Source: a virus (lineage: Duplodnaviria; Caudoviricetes). Taken from it: DNA of 64,000 nucleotides. Location: IMG/VR virus record IMGVR_UViG_3300037313_001869, positions 288,001 to 352,000 of that record; one strand, 5' to 3'. The translations under genes and the position numbers were made by a program. The stretch's first letter is position 1, and the number at the start of each line of letters is the position of its first letter. Shown in pieces: positions 26,511 through 36,404 of this stretch. The notes under the pieces are model-generated. The model ran no database searches, was not told the origin of the DNA, and saw nothing but the letters and a program-made list of their open reading frames with translations.

Positions 26511-26884
26511 CTCTCGAAGCGACCCTCCGGGCCTACATCGACCAGCGGATCGAGGGCCTCACCAAGCGGACGGCCATGTTCGTCGGCAAAGGGCCCGACG
26601 CTCCCCTTGCCCTAGAGACCTGCTGGCGCGATCTGCTCGACCTCGAAATGATGCTCTGCCCCGACCCCATCGAGCAGCATCCGACGGCGTACGTCTGGCG
26701 GGCCATGGCGGTCGTTCAGAACCGCCGCTACCCCGAGTCGTCCTTCACCATCAGCAGCCTGGAGAAGGACCTCGGCCGGATCAACGACTACTTCCTGGCC
26801 GTCCGGACCGAGCTTCTCACCGTGACGGTGAAGGAGACGGACCGCTTGGAGGCGGCTCGTTCTCGTCCATCTGACCCCGGATGA
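26507..26884 (+). CDS. hypothetical protein
   Basis: ATGA coupling to def. Confidence 0.7.
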   Translation: MTLEATLRAYIDQRIEGLTKRTAMFVGKGPDAPLALETCWRDLLDLEMMLCPDPIEQHPTAYVWRAMAVVQNRRYPESSFTISSLEKDLGRINDYFLAVRTELLTVTVKETDRLEAARSRPSDPG

Positions 26885-27240
26885 CCTCGTCGTAGAAGCC
26901 CGCGGGTACCTGCACCTTGGCCTTCGCCCCGCTCGGCAGGCGGATCGTCAGGGTGTAGCGGGTGCGGCCGACGACGAGGTCTCCCTTGTAGAGATCCACG
27001 GGCCGGGCCTCTTCGCAGGCGATGATGTCGAGCTTCATGCCCCGCTCGGAGGCACAAGGACTTGAACGGGGCGTCAGCCTCGGCCGGTGCCTGCCTCGTG
27101 CGGGGGTACCGTTGCGTCGTGGACCCAGTTGCTCCACCGCTCGGCCGGGGCGTAGAGGTGGCGCATCCAGAAGATGACTTCGCTCGCGGGGTGGGCGAAG
27201 AGGTTGTGGAAGGTCCAGTTCTGCACGAGGCGTCGGAGGG

Positions 27241-27633
27241 TCATGGAGGGGGGCTGCGGAAGATCCGCGTGTGGTTGAGCGCCGTGGGGTTCAGGAACTC
27301 GGCCACCGTGCCGATCGCCCGCTCGTGGTCGAAGCCCTTGCAGGAGAAGAGGTCGGCCATGAAGACGCGGCGCAGGGGCCAGCAGTGGATCGACATGTGC
27401 GAGGTCGAGATCATGCAGTAGCCCGAGATTCCGCCCTCGTCCACGAACTTGTCCCCGGTGAGCTTCGACGGATCGACCTCGACCTCCTTGAAGACGGGAC
27501 CGAAGATGAGCTGCATGTCGAGGTCTTCGACCAGCTTCAGCATCATGCCGCGGAGGTTCGTCTCGTTGAAGACAGCGGGGTCCTTGACCCGACCGTCCAG
27601 GGTGAGGTGCAGGCCGTCGATCGCATTCGCCAT
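27241..27633 (-). CDS. speD: S-adenosylmethionine decarboxylase proenzyme
   Basis: GLHLTLDG...GISGYCMISTSHMSIHCWP...DLFSC. Confidence 0.9.
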   Translation of the reverse strand: MANAIDGLHLTLDGRVKDPAVFNETNLRGMMLKLVEDLDMQLIFGPVFKEVEVDPSKLTGDKFVDEGGISGYCMISTSHMSIHCWPLRRVFMADLFSCKGFDHERAIGTVAEFLNPTALNHTRIFRSPPP

Positions 27634-27660
27634 GGGGTACGTCAGTACCCCAAAAAAGCC

Positions 27661-29256
27661 TTAGCGAACCAGACTTTCGAGCAGGTGCCTCGCCAAAACC
27701 TTTCGGGCGAAGCGGAAGGTCTCCTTCTCGGGCCCGCCAAAGACCAGGGCCTCGAACGGGACGCTCTGCGAGACCGGGAGCTTGCCCATGCAGTAGAAGG
27801 CGAACATCTCGGCGAAGTTCTCGTGCGGCCCGCCATTCTTCGCGTACGCCGAGACGAACCCTTTGTAGTTGGGGGCGTCCGTGTTCCGGGTTTGGAGGTA
27901 TCCTTCGAGAGGGATGCGGCCGACCACGTTCGGGTCGTCCACGTTCTCCATGACGACGTACGTGTCCCTGCCCTTCCGCTCGACTTGCCGAACCCGGTAG
28001 GTACCCCCTCGCTTCGGGTCCTTCCAGAGGTCACCGGCCTTGGGCCGAGCGGTCGTCGCGTACCCGGCCTCCTCCCCTGCGAGGATCTCGTAGAGCCTGT
28101 CTACGCCGGGGTCGTTCTTCAGGAATTTGCGGGCGTACCGATGCCCCAGCTCGTGAAGTACGACGTAGACCGTGTCGTAGTCGGTCTTGACGTTGGCTCG
28201 CACGAAAAACGAATCGGAGCTGGCCACGTAGAAAGCGAGCGAGTCTTTTTTGCTGCTGATGGTGTTGGTGACCTGTACGTCGCCGTAGCACACCTCGCCG
28301 AGCCCGCTCGACTTCGCCAGAGCCTCGGCCTTCTTCATGACCTCGGCGACGTTGTCCACGATCTCGGAGGAGAAGCCGCCCGCGTTTACGACCGTGAAGC
28401 TCCCAGCCCTCTTCTTGGTCGCTCCTGCACCTTCCTCGCTGTGCTCCTTGCCCTTGGCGATCACGTCCTTAGCGAGCTTCAGCTCACCCTGGCAGCGCTT
28501 GTAAAGGTCCTGGTACACTTCCAGGACCTTCATGTCGGCGATAGCGCCCGAGCCTGGGATTCTGATCTTGAACCCCTTGTCGTGGTCCCGCGCGATCTTC
28601 TCGATCTTCTTGCGCTGTGCCGGGGCCAGAGAGAAGTTCTGGAGCAAGGAAAAGAAGAGAGCCCGTCCGGCGTCCGGCAGCTTCGTGACGGCAATCTTGA
28701 TCTTCGACCACGCCTGCTCCGAGAGCTGGACCGCCGGCACGTAGGCCGCTTCCAGGGCCGGGGGCATCGGCTCGCCCTTCTTCGTGAGCCGGAAGGTGAA
28801 GTGCTCGTTGATCGTCTTGCGGGCCTTCTCGCACGCCTCGGGGTCGAGGTCGAGGATCTGCACGGCCTTCTCGAACTCAGCAAGGAGAGCCCGCGTCTCG
28901 TCGAGCCCAGCCTCGACGAGGTCCGCCATCACCAGGCGAGCGAGCTTCGTCGCCCCCGCCTCCTCTGCCTTGGCCTGCTCTTCCTTGGCCTGCTCTTCCT
29001 TGGCTTGCTCAGCGAGAGCCTTCTCTTTCACGTCGGCTCGCCAGACCTTGAACAGGCCCATGACCTTGTTCTTCTTGCGGCCCTTCGGGATCGGCTCGAT
29101 CTCGATCGTGGGGTTGCCCCACTTGTCCTTGCCGATCGCTACGATCTTCCCGCGGTGGTTCTTGTACTTCCCGTATAGCACGATCGTGCCCGGGTTCATG
29201 TACGACGCACTCTTGAGGTAGCTCGTAACGACTCGGTGGGTCAGCTCTTCGTCCAT
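27661..29256 (-). CDS. large HExxH protein, possibly virion-internal
   Basis: HELGH, ENFAEMF; KOW/SH3-like N-terminus. Confidence 0.75.
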   Translation of the reverse strand: MDEELTHRVVTSYLKSASYMNPGTIVLYGKYKNHRGKIVAIGKDKWGNPTIEIEPIPKGRKKNKVMGLFKVWRADVKEKALAEQAKEEQAKEEQAKAEEAGATKLARLVMADLVEAGLDETRALLAEFEKAVQILDLDPEACEKARKTINEHFTFRLTKKGEPMPPALEAAYVPAVQLSEQAWSKIKIAVTKLPDAGRALFFSLLQNFSLAPAQRKKIEKIARDHDKGFKIRIPGSGAIADMKVLEVYQDLYKRCQGELKLAKDVIAKGKEHSEEGAGATKKRAGSFTVVNAGGFSSEIVDNVAEVMKKAEALAKSSGLGEVCYGDVQVTNTISSKKDSLAFYVASSDSFFVRANVKTDYDTVYVVLHELGHRYARKFLKNDPGVDRLYEILAGEEAGYATTARPKAGDLWKDPKRGGTYRVRQVERKGRDTYVVMENVDDPNVVGRIPLEGYLQTRNTDAPNYKGFVSAYAKNGGPHENFAEMFAFYCMGKLPVSQSVPFEALVFGGPEKETFRFARKVLARHLLESLVR

Positions 29257-29807
29257 CGCTCTTCCGAGTCTCCGTACAAGTCCAATATCTCCTTGGCCCA
29301 ACGGATCTTGTCAGCGACGCGCTGCCCCGGGGGCTGGCTGCTAGACCAAAGTTCCAGGTTCTCGGGCCGGTTGTCGTTCCGCACCCCGTTAATGTGGTGG
29401 ACGTTCTCGTGGGGCAGAAGAGGTCGCCCGAGGATTTGCTCCATCACTACTCGATGTTGCAGTTTCTTTGTACCCCCTCGGCCCCCTATGCTCACGCTGA
29501 CGTATCCCCGTGTGAGAGACCCCTGGCCCTTCTCACCTCGGAGGCGTGTGGTGGGGTCCCCATGGGTCCGGAAGGCATTGTAGTGCTTCCGGCAGTACCC
29601 CTTCGCCAAGTAGGGCTTGCCGCAGCCCTCGACCGAGCAGGTTGCCCCCGGGGGTTTGGCGCCGAAGGCCCGCTCTCGCTTGCCTTGGGCTGCAAGCGGG
29701 TCCCCGTGAGCGTAGTTCGCGTGGTAGTGGTGCTTGCACCACCCCTTGGCGAAGTGCGGGGACCCGCAATCTTGTACTTCACAGCTCTTGGGCGCCTTGT
29801 CGGACAT
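29241..29807 (-). CDS. HNH endonuclease with two Cys/His repeats
   Basis: HRVVME...VHHINGVRNDNRPENLELW; two C..GC....AKG.C..HY repeats. Confidence 0.9.
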   Translation of the reverse strand: MSDKAPKSCEVQDCGSPHFAKGWCKHHYHANYAHGDPLAAQGKRERAFGAKPPGATCSVEGCGKPYLAKGYCRKHYNAFRTHGDPTTRLRGEKGQGSLTRGYVSVSIGGRGGTKKLQHRVVMEQILGRPLLPHENVHHINGVRNDNRPENLELWSSSQPPGQRVADKIRWAKEILDLYGDSEERWTKS

Positions 29808-29995
29808 ACCCTAGCGAAAGTACAAGAGGAGTAGAGCTTACTTCTTCGGCGTGGGCTGCTGGGCGAGGAAGGCGGCGACGACCGATTCGGCCGAAGCCGT
29901 CTTGGTCTTCTTCTCGTCCTTCTTCTTCCCTTTGCCCTTCTTCGGCTTGGTCCAGTCCTCGTTCTCGTCGGTGAGGTGGATCGTGATCGGCTTGC

Positions 29996-31225
29996 TCATG
30001 ACCTGGCCTTGTCGGCAACCTTGCCGGTATTGGTGGAGGCGCCGAGGACGACGACCTCGGCTTCGCCGAGCGTGTCCTTGTGGCTGCCGTGGGGCCCGAA
30101 CTTCGGGTTGGTGAGCGCAGAGGAGAAGACTTGCTCGGCGGGGATCTTGTACTCGATGCGGCGACCGAAGGCGCTCGCCCTCCCGCTGTCGGTCGTGAAC
30201 GAGGACATCTCGCGGGTCTTGATCTGGATCTCGTCGCCCTCCTTCGGGGGCGAGCCGTCGATCATCCCGGAGACGCCGCGGTAGACGGTCAGCTCCTTGA
30301 CCCCGAGCTTTTTCAGCATCGCCTGCGTGAAGGTGTAGGACTTCTTCACGTACGCGGCCAGCTCCTTGTCCTTCTCGCCTTCCTTGCGGTATTTCTTCGC
30401 GTCGTCGTCCTTCTCGTCGTTCGGCGAGGGCGACCCCTTCACGCCGAGGCTCTTGGCGAGCCCATGGAGCTTCTGCGACGCGGGGGCGGCCGACGACTGC
30501 TGCCAGTCGCCCATCACGTCTTCGTGGATGGCCCGCTCCTTCTCGGTAAGGACGTGCTTCTCGAAGTGCTCGCCGATCTGGGGGCCAGCGGCGTGGAGCA
30601 TCTTCTCCCCCTCGCTCTTCGCCTGCCACTCCTTCAGCATGGACTTCATGCCGGGGCGAGACTTGATCGCCTCCTTCAGCTTCTTCTCGTAGTCCTTGAC
30701 GGCCTTCTGCATGGCCGGCTTGAGCTTCTCGATCGCCTCGCCGTGCTCCTTCAGGACGGCGTCGATCTCGGCCTCGTCTGGCCCGAGGGCGCCCTCGAAG
30801 GAGGTGGCGCTCTTCTTCTTCGGCTCCTCCTTCTTCTCTTCCTTGGGCTCGGGCTTCTCTTCCTTCTTCGGGGCGGGCTTGTCCTTCTTCGGCTCCTCTT
30901 CCTTCTTCGCCGGAGCCTTCTCCCCGCCCTTGCTCTCGGGGTTCTTCTTCGCCCACTCCTTGTACTCCTCCATCGCCTTGCCGAAGAACGTCTTGTCCCT
31001 CAGCGCGGTCGTGAAGGAGACCTGGCTGTAGCGGCCCTTGGTCTCGGCGTTCGGGTTCGGCACTTTCTTCTTGCCGCCCTGGTGGACCTTGTCGAGCCAC
31101 TCCTGCCAGCGGGCCGGGGGCCCCGACTTCTTTCCGGACTCGCCCTCGCCTTCGTCGGCGGTGAAGGTACGGCCCGACCTGGCGAGGAAGAGTCGAGCGA
31201 CGCGGATAGAAGCGGGGTCGTGCAT
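29996..31225 (-). CDS. ADP-ribosyltransferase-like protein (R-S-ExE)
   Basis: LTVYRG, SSFTTD, EAEVVV; N-terminal RVARLFL. Confidence 0.75.
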   Translation of the reverse strand: MHDPASIRVARLFLARSGRTFTADEGEGESGKKSGPPARWQEWLDKVHQGGKKKVPNPNAETKGRYSQVSFTTALRDKTFFGKAMEEYKEWAKKNPESKGGEKAPAKKEEEPKKDKPAPKKEEKPEPKEEKKEEPKKKSATSFEGALGPDEAEIDAVLKEHGEAIEKLKPAMQKAVKDYEKKLKEAIKSRPGMKSMLKEWQAKSEGEKMLHAAGPQIGEHFEKHVLTEKERAIHEDVMGDWQQSSAAPASQKLHGLAKSLGVKGSPSPNDEKDDDAKKYRKEGEKDKELAAYVKKSYTFTQAMLKKLGVKELTVYRGVSGMIDGSPPKEGDEIQIKTREMSSFTTDSGRASAFGRRIEYKIPAEQVFSSALTNPKFGPHGSHKDTLGEAEVVVLGASTNTGKVADKARS

Positions 31226-31265
31226 GGCAGGGGTCTCTCGATCGGATTCCGTATAAACGGAAGTC

Positions 31266-32123
31266 TCAGAACATCGATCCGAACGTCGGGACCCAGAGGT
31301 CGTAGGTCTGCTCCCACGCGAGCATCTCGGGCTCCATGTAGCAGTAGCCCCGATCGCCCCAACCCTGGCCCCAGGAGTTCTTGACGATGTAGAGGTTCGA
31401 GGAGGCGATGTAGCCGACGACGATGAGGGCGTGACCTCCGAGGGTCGCTCCCGTGGGCTTCTTCGCCGTCGCGTTCGGACCTGAGAGGGCCTCGAACGCC
31501 TTGTCGATCATCGTACCGAAAACGACCGGGTGGTTTGCCCGAAGCGCGGCCTGGATCTCGGCGAGCCGGTCGTCGTAGACGCCCTTGATGCGGTAGTAGC
31601 TGTGGATCTTGTGGCCGAACGCCTGGCGCATGGCCTTGATGCTCGGGAGCGTGAAGACCTTTGCCGTGTCGTAGGGCCAGATGTCTTCGTCGCAGATGCC
31701 CCAGCGCGAGAGGGCCTCGAAGGCGAGCCGGATGTGGGTACCCTTGTCCTGGTCCACGTCCCCTTGGCCGTCGTTGTTCGCGTCCATCAGGGCGCGGGCG
31801 AGGGTGTAGACGAAGAGGCGGGAGAGCTGAACGGGGGGCTTTGGGTCGCGGCCCTGGGCCTTCGCCTGCTTCTCCTCCTCGATGGCGTTCAGGATCTCGA
31901 TGGCGTCGGCCGTGGCGTTGCCCACGCACGAGCTGAGCGAGCGCTGGTTCGACTCGGTGCAGTACGGCCGAAGGTCGGCGTCGCCCTCTCCGACCGCCGC
32001 GGTCCCGAGGGCCGGCAAGAGCCGGTCGGAGAACCCGTAGTCCTTGGCGATGAGGTCGATCGGGGTGCCCGTCTCGTCGAGGCCCGACGTGGGGTCAGGC
32101 AGGTAGCCGTAGATGTTTGCCAT
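31266..32123 (-). CDS. papain-family (C1) cysteine peptidase
   Basis: NQRSLSSC, GGHA, KNSWGQGWGDRGY. Confidence 0.93.
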   Translation of the reverse strand: MANIYGYLPDPTSGLDETGTPIDLIAKDYGFSDRLLPALGTAAVGEGDADLRPYCTESNQRSLSSCVGNATADAIEILNAIEEEKQAKAQGRDPKPPVQLSRLFVYTLARALMDANNDGQGDVDQDKGTHIRLAFEALSRWGICDEDIWPYDTAKVFTLPSIKAMRQAFGHKIHSYYRIKGVYDDRLAEIQAALRANHPVVFGTMIDKAFEALSGPNATAKKPTGATLGGHALIVVGYIASSNLYIVKNSWGQGWGDRGYCYMEPEMLAWEQTYDLWVPTFGSMF

Positions 32124-32193
32124 GTGCGCTCGCGCTCCTCGGAAGGAGCCCGAACGTCAAAGGTTTATTCATAGCCCGGGGGCTTGTGAGACC

Positions 32194-32481
32194 ATGAGCC
32201 AAGCCCGCCGCGTCGCCCGCCTGTTTCTCGCCCGCCGTTCGACCTACGCCCAGCTCACGGGTGAGTTCGAGCTGCCCCCCGGCCACCTGTTCGGATCAGA
32301 AGTGCCGAAGGGGGGCGCGAACTGCGCGAAGTGCAAGTTCCTCTCCGAGGACAAAAAGCACTGCGGCAACCGCTACTTCCAGGAGTGGCAGGAGTCGCTC
32401 GAAGTGGAGGACCCCTCGGAGCTTCCGAAGCCCCCGGGGTCCTACTGCTGCGACGTGTTCGAGGCGAGCAAGGCCAAGTAA
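32194..32481 (+). CDS. small Cys-containing protein with RVARLFL
   Basis: MSQARRVARLFLARR; CAKC...YCCD. Confidence 0.7.
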   Translation: MSQARRVARLFLARRSTYAQLTGEFELPPGHLFGSEVPKGGANCAKCKFLSEDKKHCGNRYFQEWQESLEVEDPSELPKPPGSYCCDVFEASKAK

Positions 32482-32498
32482 CCCAAGGAGACCCTCCG

Positions 32499-32834
32499 AT
32501 GACTCGTGCCTCTTTCCTGCTCGCTCTCGGCTTCTCAGCCCTCGTCGCCACCTGCAAGAACGTCCCGGACGCGCCCGGGCCGAGCCCCATCAACGTCCCC
32601 GACACCGATCAGTGCGCGGCCATGTGCCAGCACATCGGCCCGAAAGCCGAGGGAGGTCTCGGCTGCGAAGAAGGAGAGCCCGTCTTCGACTCGGACAAGG
32701 GGCGCAACGTCTCGTGCCAGGAGTTCTGCGAGGCGACCCAGACCAACGGCGCCTTCTTGAACCCGAGGTGCGTCAAGAAGGTCGGTTCGTGTGACGAGAT
32801 CGAGTCGGCGCGGAAGAAGACCTGCGCCGACTGA
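32499..32834 (+). CDS. Cys-rich secreted protein or lipoprotein
   Basis: SD AAGGAG; signal peptide ending LVATC. Confidence 0.75.
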   Translation: MTRASFLLALGFSALVATCKNVPDAPGPSPINVPDTDQCAAMCQHIGPKAEGGLGCEEGEPVFDSDKGRNVSCQEFCEATQTNGAFLNPRCVKKVGSCDEIESARKKTCAD

Positions 32835-33137
32835 GCCTGCCAAAGGGCGGGGGTAACTCCCCGCCCGCAGCCAACTTCGGTTCGGCCGGAAGGGGGGCCG
32901 GCATCCGAGCAGGGGGAGGGGCGGCCACCGGAAGCGCCACGACCTTGCGGCTCTTCAGCTTGGAGACCAAGTCCCGGGTGCGCTCCAGCATCTCTTGCGC
33001 TTCGACGACGACGGACTGCATCTCAAGCGCAGGCTTCCTCAGGGTACGGGCACCAGACATGAACGAACCTCCGCCGAAAGTAGGTTCATAAAATGATGTG
33101 CGGTTCTGCCACGCTAGGGCAAACCGCCACACCCATT

Positions 33138-33710
33138 TTACCGCCTCGGCCCCTTGGGCGCTCCGTCCAGCGAAAGCACCGACTGAAGCCCCTTGAGGAG
33201 CCCGTTTGCTTCGGCTACGGCCGTGCGAAGCGCCAGCACGTCTTCGTTGTTCTGTCGCGTCGCCTGATCGAAGTCTTCTTCGGTCACGCACTTGTTGACC
33301 AGGCGCTCGATCCGGTCGAGGCTCTCTTCGGTCTCCCGAAGCCGAGTTTCGAGCGTCCGCATCTTGGCCACGGCCTCGTGAAGCTCTTCGAGGTTCAGAG
33401 ACGAGAGAGCCCGGCGAGCCGCCCAGGGCAGGTGCGCCCAGTCGGTGTGCGGGTGGCCGTTCTGAAAGATGGCGTCCATCTCGCCGCGGAGCTTCTTGGC
33501 CGCTTCCTCGACGATGAAGAGGGTGTAGACGATCCCCGACTTCGCTTCGACCGAACCGATCTTCGTCTCGATGAGGTGGAGTTTCTTTTCGGTCTCTTCT
33601 AGCCTCTTTTTGATGTCGCGGAAGAACGCGATGATCGCGGACGCGGCTGTACCGCCCCCAGAAATGACGGCAGGTAGAACATTCTCGACGAGCTGGTCCA
33701 AAAAGCTCAT
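33138..33710 (-). CDS. N-terminal hydrophobic plus coiled-coil protein
   Basis: Hydrophobic N-terminus, heptad-rich remainder. Confidence 0.7.
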   Translation of the reverse strand: MSFLDQLVENVLPAVISGGGTAASAIIAFFRDIKKRLEETEKKLHLIETKIGSVEAKSGIVYTLFIVEEAAKKLRGEMDAIFQNGHPHTDWAHLPWAARRALSSLNLEELHEAVAKMRTLETRLRETEESLDRIERLVNKCVTEEDFDQATRQNNEDVLALRTAVAEANGLLKGLQSVLSLDGAPKGPRR

Positions 33711-33761
33711 GACGCTCCGGGGGGTGACACACCACCCGCTGCATAAGAGCTTTCCGAGAAC

Positions 33762-34316
33762 CTACCTCGCGAGGTAACAGGGGAGGCACCTGGCTTCGTA
33801 CGCTTCGCTGCCCCCGACCAGGATCGGCGTGATGGAGCTGGCGATCTCATTCGGCGCGGCGGCAACACGAAAGGTCCGCGTTGCGGGCATCTCACACCGA
33901 ACGCAACGGGCCGTCAGCTTCAGCACCTCGTTGGCAAGCGCCATGAGGTGGGGCATCGGATGAAACGGCTTGCCCGTGTAGGTCATGTCGAGCCCGGCGA
34001 CGATGACCCTTGCGCCTCCCGCCACGAGCTTCTCGACGAAGGGCACGACCTGCTCTCCGAAGAACTGGGCCTCGTCGATTCCGATGACCTCGCTCTCCGG
34101 GTCAGCCCGCAGCTCATCGGGGGTCATCACCTCGGCGGCGAGGCGCTTTCCCGAGTGGGTCACGACCTCCGAGGCCGCGTAGCGGGTGTCGATCCTCGGC
34201 TTGAGGATCTGGACCCGTTGCCCGACCTGCTGGGCTCGGAGCGCCCGGGTGATGAGGTGGGAGGTCTTGCCCGAGAACATCGGGCCGGTGAGCACTTCGA
34301 GGCGGCCGGTCTTCAT
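33762..34316 (-). CDS. tdk: thymidine kinase
   Basis: GPMFSGKT, IDEAQF, AGLD, C..C...YEARC..C. Confidence 0.96.
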   Translation of the reverse strand: MKTGRLEVLTGPMFSGKTSHLITRALRAQQVGQRVQILKPRIDTRYAASEVVTHSGKRLAAEVMTPDELRADPESEVIGIDEAQFFGEQVVPFVEKLVAGGARVIVAGLDMTYTGKPFHPMPHLMALANEVLKLTARCVRCEMPATRTFRVAAAPNEIASSITPILVGGSEAYEARCLPCYLAR

Positions 34317-34333
34317 CTACCGGGTCGGGCGCA

Positions 34334-34369
34334 AAAGAAGAAACCCCGGGCGGAGGGTCCGCCCGGGGT
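34334..34369 (-). terminator. intrinsic terminator after the Ro60 gene
   Basis: ACCCCGGGCGGA/TCCGCCCGGGGT hairpin followed by TTCTTCTTTT on the minus strand. Confidence 0.8.
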
Positions 34370-34393
34370 CGTCCGGTCACCTGAGCCGGGGGC

Positions 34394-35962
34394 TCAGATT
34401 TCGGTCTTCTCGATCACGTCCACCCAGTGCGAGCCCTCGGCTCCTTCCTGGAACGCCTTCATCACGGTGAAGACCGAGTCCGAGAAGCCGCCGATGTTGA
34501 GGATGTCCTCCCGGTCGGGCGCCTGGCTCGTCGTGTTCGGCACGAGGTCGACGCAGACGAGCCGGCCGTTCGGGCTCTTCACCTGGTCCCAGAGCGCGAG
34601 CGTGTCGGTCGAGCCCGGATGGGAGAAGCCGTACCGCCGTCCCGTCGTCACCCACGACTCCATGTCCGAGACGTAGAGGCCGAAGTCGATCCGCTCCCTC
34701 TGCTGGAGCAGGTGAGCGAGGGGAGCGGCCGTGTTGGTCGCCCCGCCCCGGAAGGCCGCGAGCTTGGCGGCATTCTTGAGCACCGGCTCCTTCGCGTCGA
34801 AGCTCATCGGGTGTACGTCGTGATCGAAGGCGAGCACACGCGCCCTCGGGTTCTTCCGCAGGACCGAGGCCGTGATGAGCGCGGCCACGTCGATGCACCT
34901 CACGTCCGTCGTCGAGCCCTTCCGCTCGCCGGTGATCCGGTTCGTGGTCATCGAGCCGGAAACGTCGGTGAAGACGAACACGTTGCCTTCGAGCACCGGG
35001 ACGTTGTCGATCGAGACTTCCATGGCCGAGTAGAGGGCCTGGACGATGGGACCCGGCATCTTCCCTTCGGTCGCCTTCCAGGCCATGAAGAGCTGGTAGG
35101 GGAACGTCCGGGACCTGCGAACCTGATCGGGGTCGGCGATCCGGCTCGCGAGGAGCGAGACCATGGCCGGGTCCGAAAGGACGCCGTGCCGCTCGAAGGT
35201 CGCGAGGTTCTTCACGGTCTGCGTGAACGTCGCCCGCTCGGCCACCTGCTTCCAGGTCTTCTCGTCGAGCGTGAGGCCCGTCAGCATCTCGAACGGAGCC
35301 TCGGGCAGCTCGCTGCCAGGCTGCTTCCGGAACGCCTCGTACTTGGCCACGATTGCGGGCAGGTGCTCGGCCACCGAGAGCTTCTCACCCCCGAAGCTGA
35401 ACTCTTCCTTGCCGATGAGGTAGCCGAGCAGCGCCGCCCTTTCCTTGGTCGTGGGCCGCGGGTGGGCGAGCTTGATCACGTCACCGATGGAGGGGTTGTT
35501 GCCCATCGAGCCGAAGAAGATCGACCGGTCATCCTTGCCCTCGAACCAGCTCCGGAGAAGCCTCTTCGGGCCCGAGCCGAGCGAGGTCCGGCCAACCGTG
35601 CCGCTCCGCACGATCTGGGCGAAGTTCCGCACCATCCGGCCGTTGTCGATGACCTTGGGGAAGACCCGCGAGAGCATGGCCGGGTCCCGCTTCGAGAGGA
35701 CCGCGCACAGGAAGGCCGGCATGTCCTTCATGAAGCCCTTCTGCCGGGCGTACACGGCCGTCTTCGCGAGGAAGTCGGTCGGCACGGCCATGGCGAGCTG
35801 ACCCACCGTGGCGAGCTGGTCTTCGGCCGAGGTGTAGAAGGTGTTGTTGAAGCATCCGGTCGCGGCCATCTGCGCGAGGGCGTGCTTCTCGCCCATCTTG
35901 AAGGCGAGGCCGCCCGCGGAGTTGAGGACGTTGGCGACGGGCTTGTTCTTCGGGGTCTTCAT
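34394..35962 (-). CDS. rsr: Ro60/Rsr TROVE-domain RNA-binding protein
   Basis: NSAGGLAF, ATGCFNNTFY, MKDMPA, FPYQL, vWA MIDAS DVSGSM, SDMESW, IGGFSD. Confidence 0.93.
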   Translation of the reverse strand: MKTPKNKPVANVLNSAGGLAFKMGEKHALAQMAATGCFNNTFYTSAEDQLATVGQLAMAVPTDFLAKTAVYARQKGFMKDMPAFLCAVLSKRDPAMLSRVFPKVIDNGRMVRNFAQIVRSGTVGRTSLGSGPKRLLRSWFEGKDDRSIFFGSMGNNPSIGDVIKLAHPRPTTKERAALLGYLIGKEEFSFGGEKLSVAEHLPAIVAKYEAFRKQPGSELPEAPFEMLTGLTLDEKTWKQVAERATFTQTVKNLATFERHGVLSDPAMVSLLASRIADPDQVRRSRTFPYQLFMAWKATEGKMPGPIVQALYSAMEVSIDNVPVLEGNVFVFTDVSGSMTTNRITGERKGSTTDVRCIDVAALITASVLRKNPRARVLAFDHDVHPMSFDAKEPVLKNAAKLAAFRGGATNTAAPLAHLLQQRERIDFGLYVSDMESWVTTGRRYGFSHPGSTDTLALWDQVKSPNGRLVCVDLVPNTTSQAPDREDILNIGGFSDSVFTVMKAFQEGAEGSHWVDVIEKTEI

Positions 35963-36088
35963 GTTCGTGGATCTCCATGCCCCTCGGGGGAGAGGCCAAA
36001 ACGTGAGGTCGACGTGAGTACACCGCTGACGGACCCCGGCCGCCCGGTCTGACACCCGAAGCGACTTTTCTCGACCCTGGCGATTTTC

Positions 36089-36115
36089 GGAAAAAGCCCG
36101 GGAGCCCGATCGTCT
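36089..36115 (+). promoter_or_regulatory. ECF-like promoter GGAAAA-N16-CGTCT (one of 11 copies)
   Basis: Same spacing at 14450, 23341, 37746 (+) and 19092, 49010, 49466, 61087, 62013, 62490, 63371 (-). Confidence 0.75.
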
Positions 36116-36404
36116 CGGGGCCATGACGACCATCACCCAGTCTCAAGCGAAGCTCCTCCTCTCGGCCAAGGACGACGGCGCCCCCCACGAGAGCTACGGC
36201 GATCCCGAGCCGCTCGTCTCGCTCGGCCTCCTTCACGAGGCCCCCTACTACGACCTCACGCCCCGCGGTCGGGCCCTCGTCGCCCGCTTCGCCTGGGTGG
36301 GCGAGAAGATCGTGATTCGCTGATCTGTCAGAAAAAACATTGAACCCCGGTCGTGTCGGCCGGGGTAAAGACCCGCACCCCGATCCGAAAGAGAGCTGAG
36401 TCCC

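Noticed and set aside
35963-36088. Y RNA adjacent to the Ro60 gene, the usual arrangement
   Set aside because: No GAATG/TTGTC terminal stem or T arm found there; the candidates lie in the tRNA array instead
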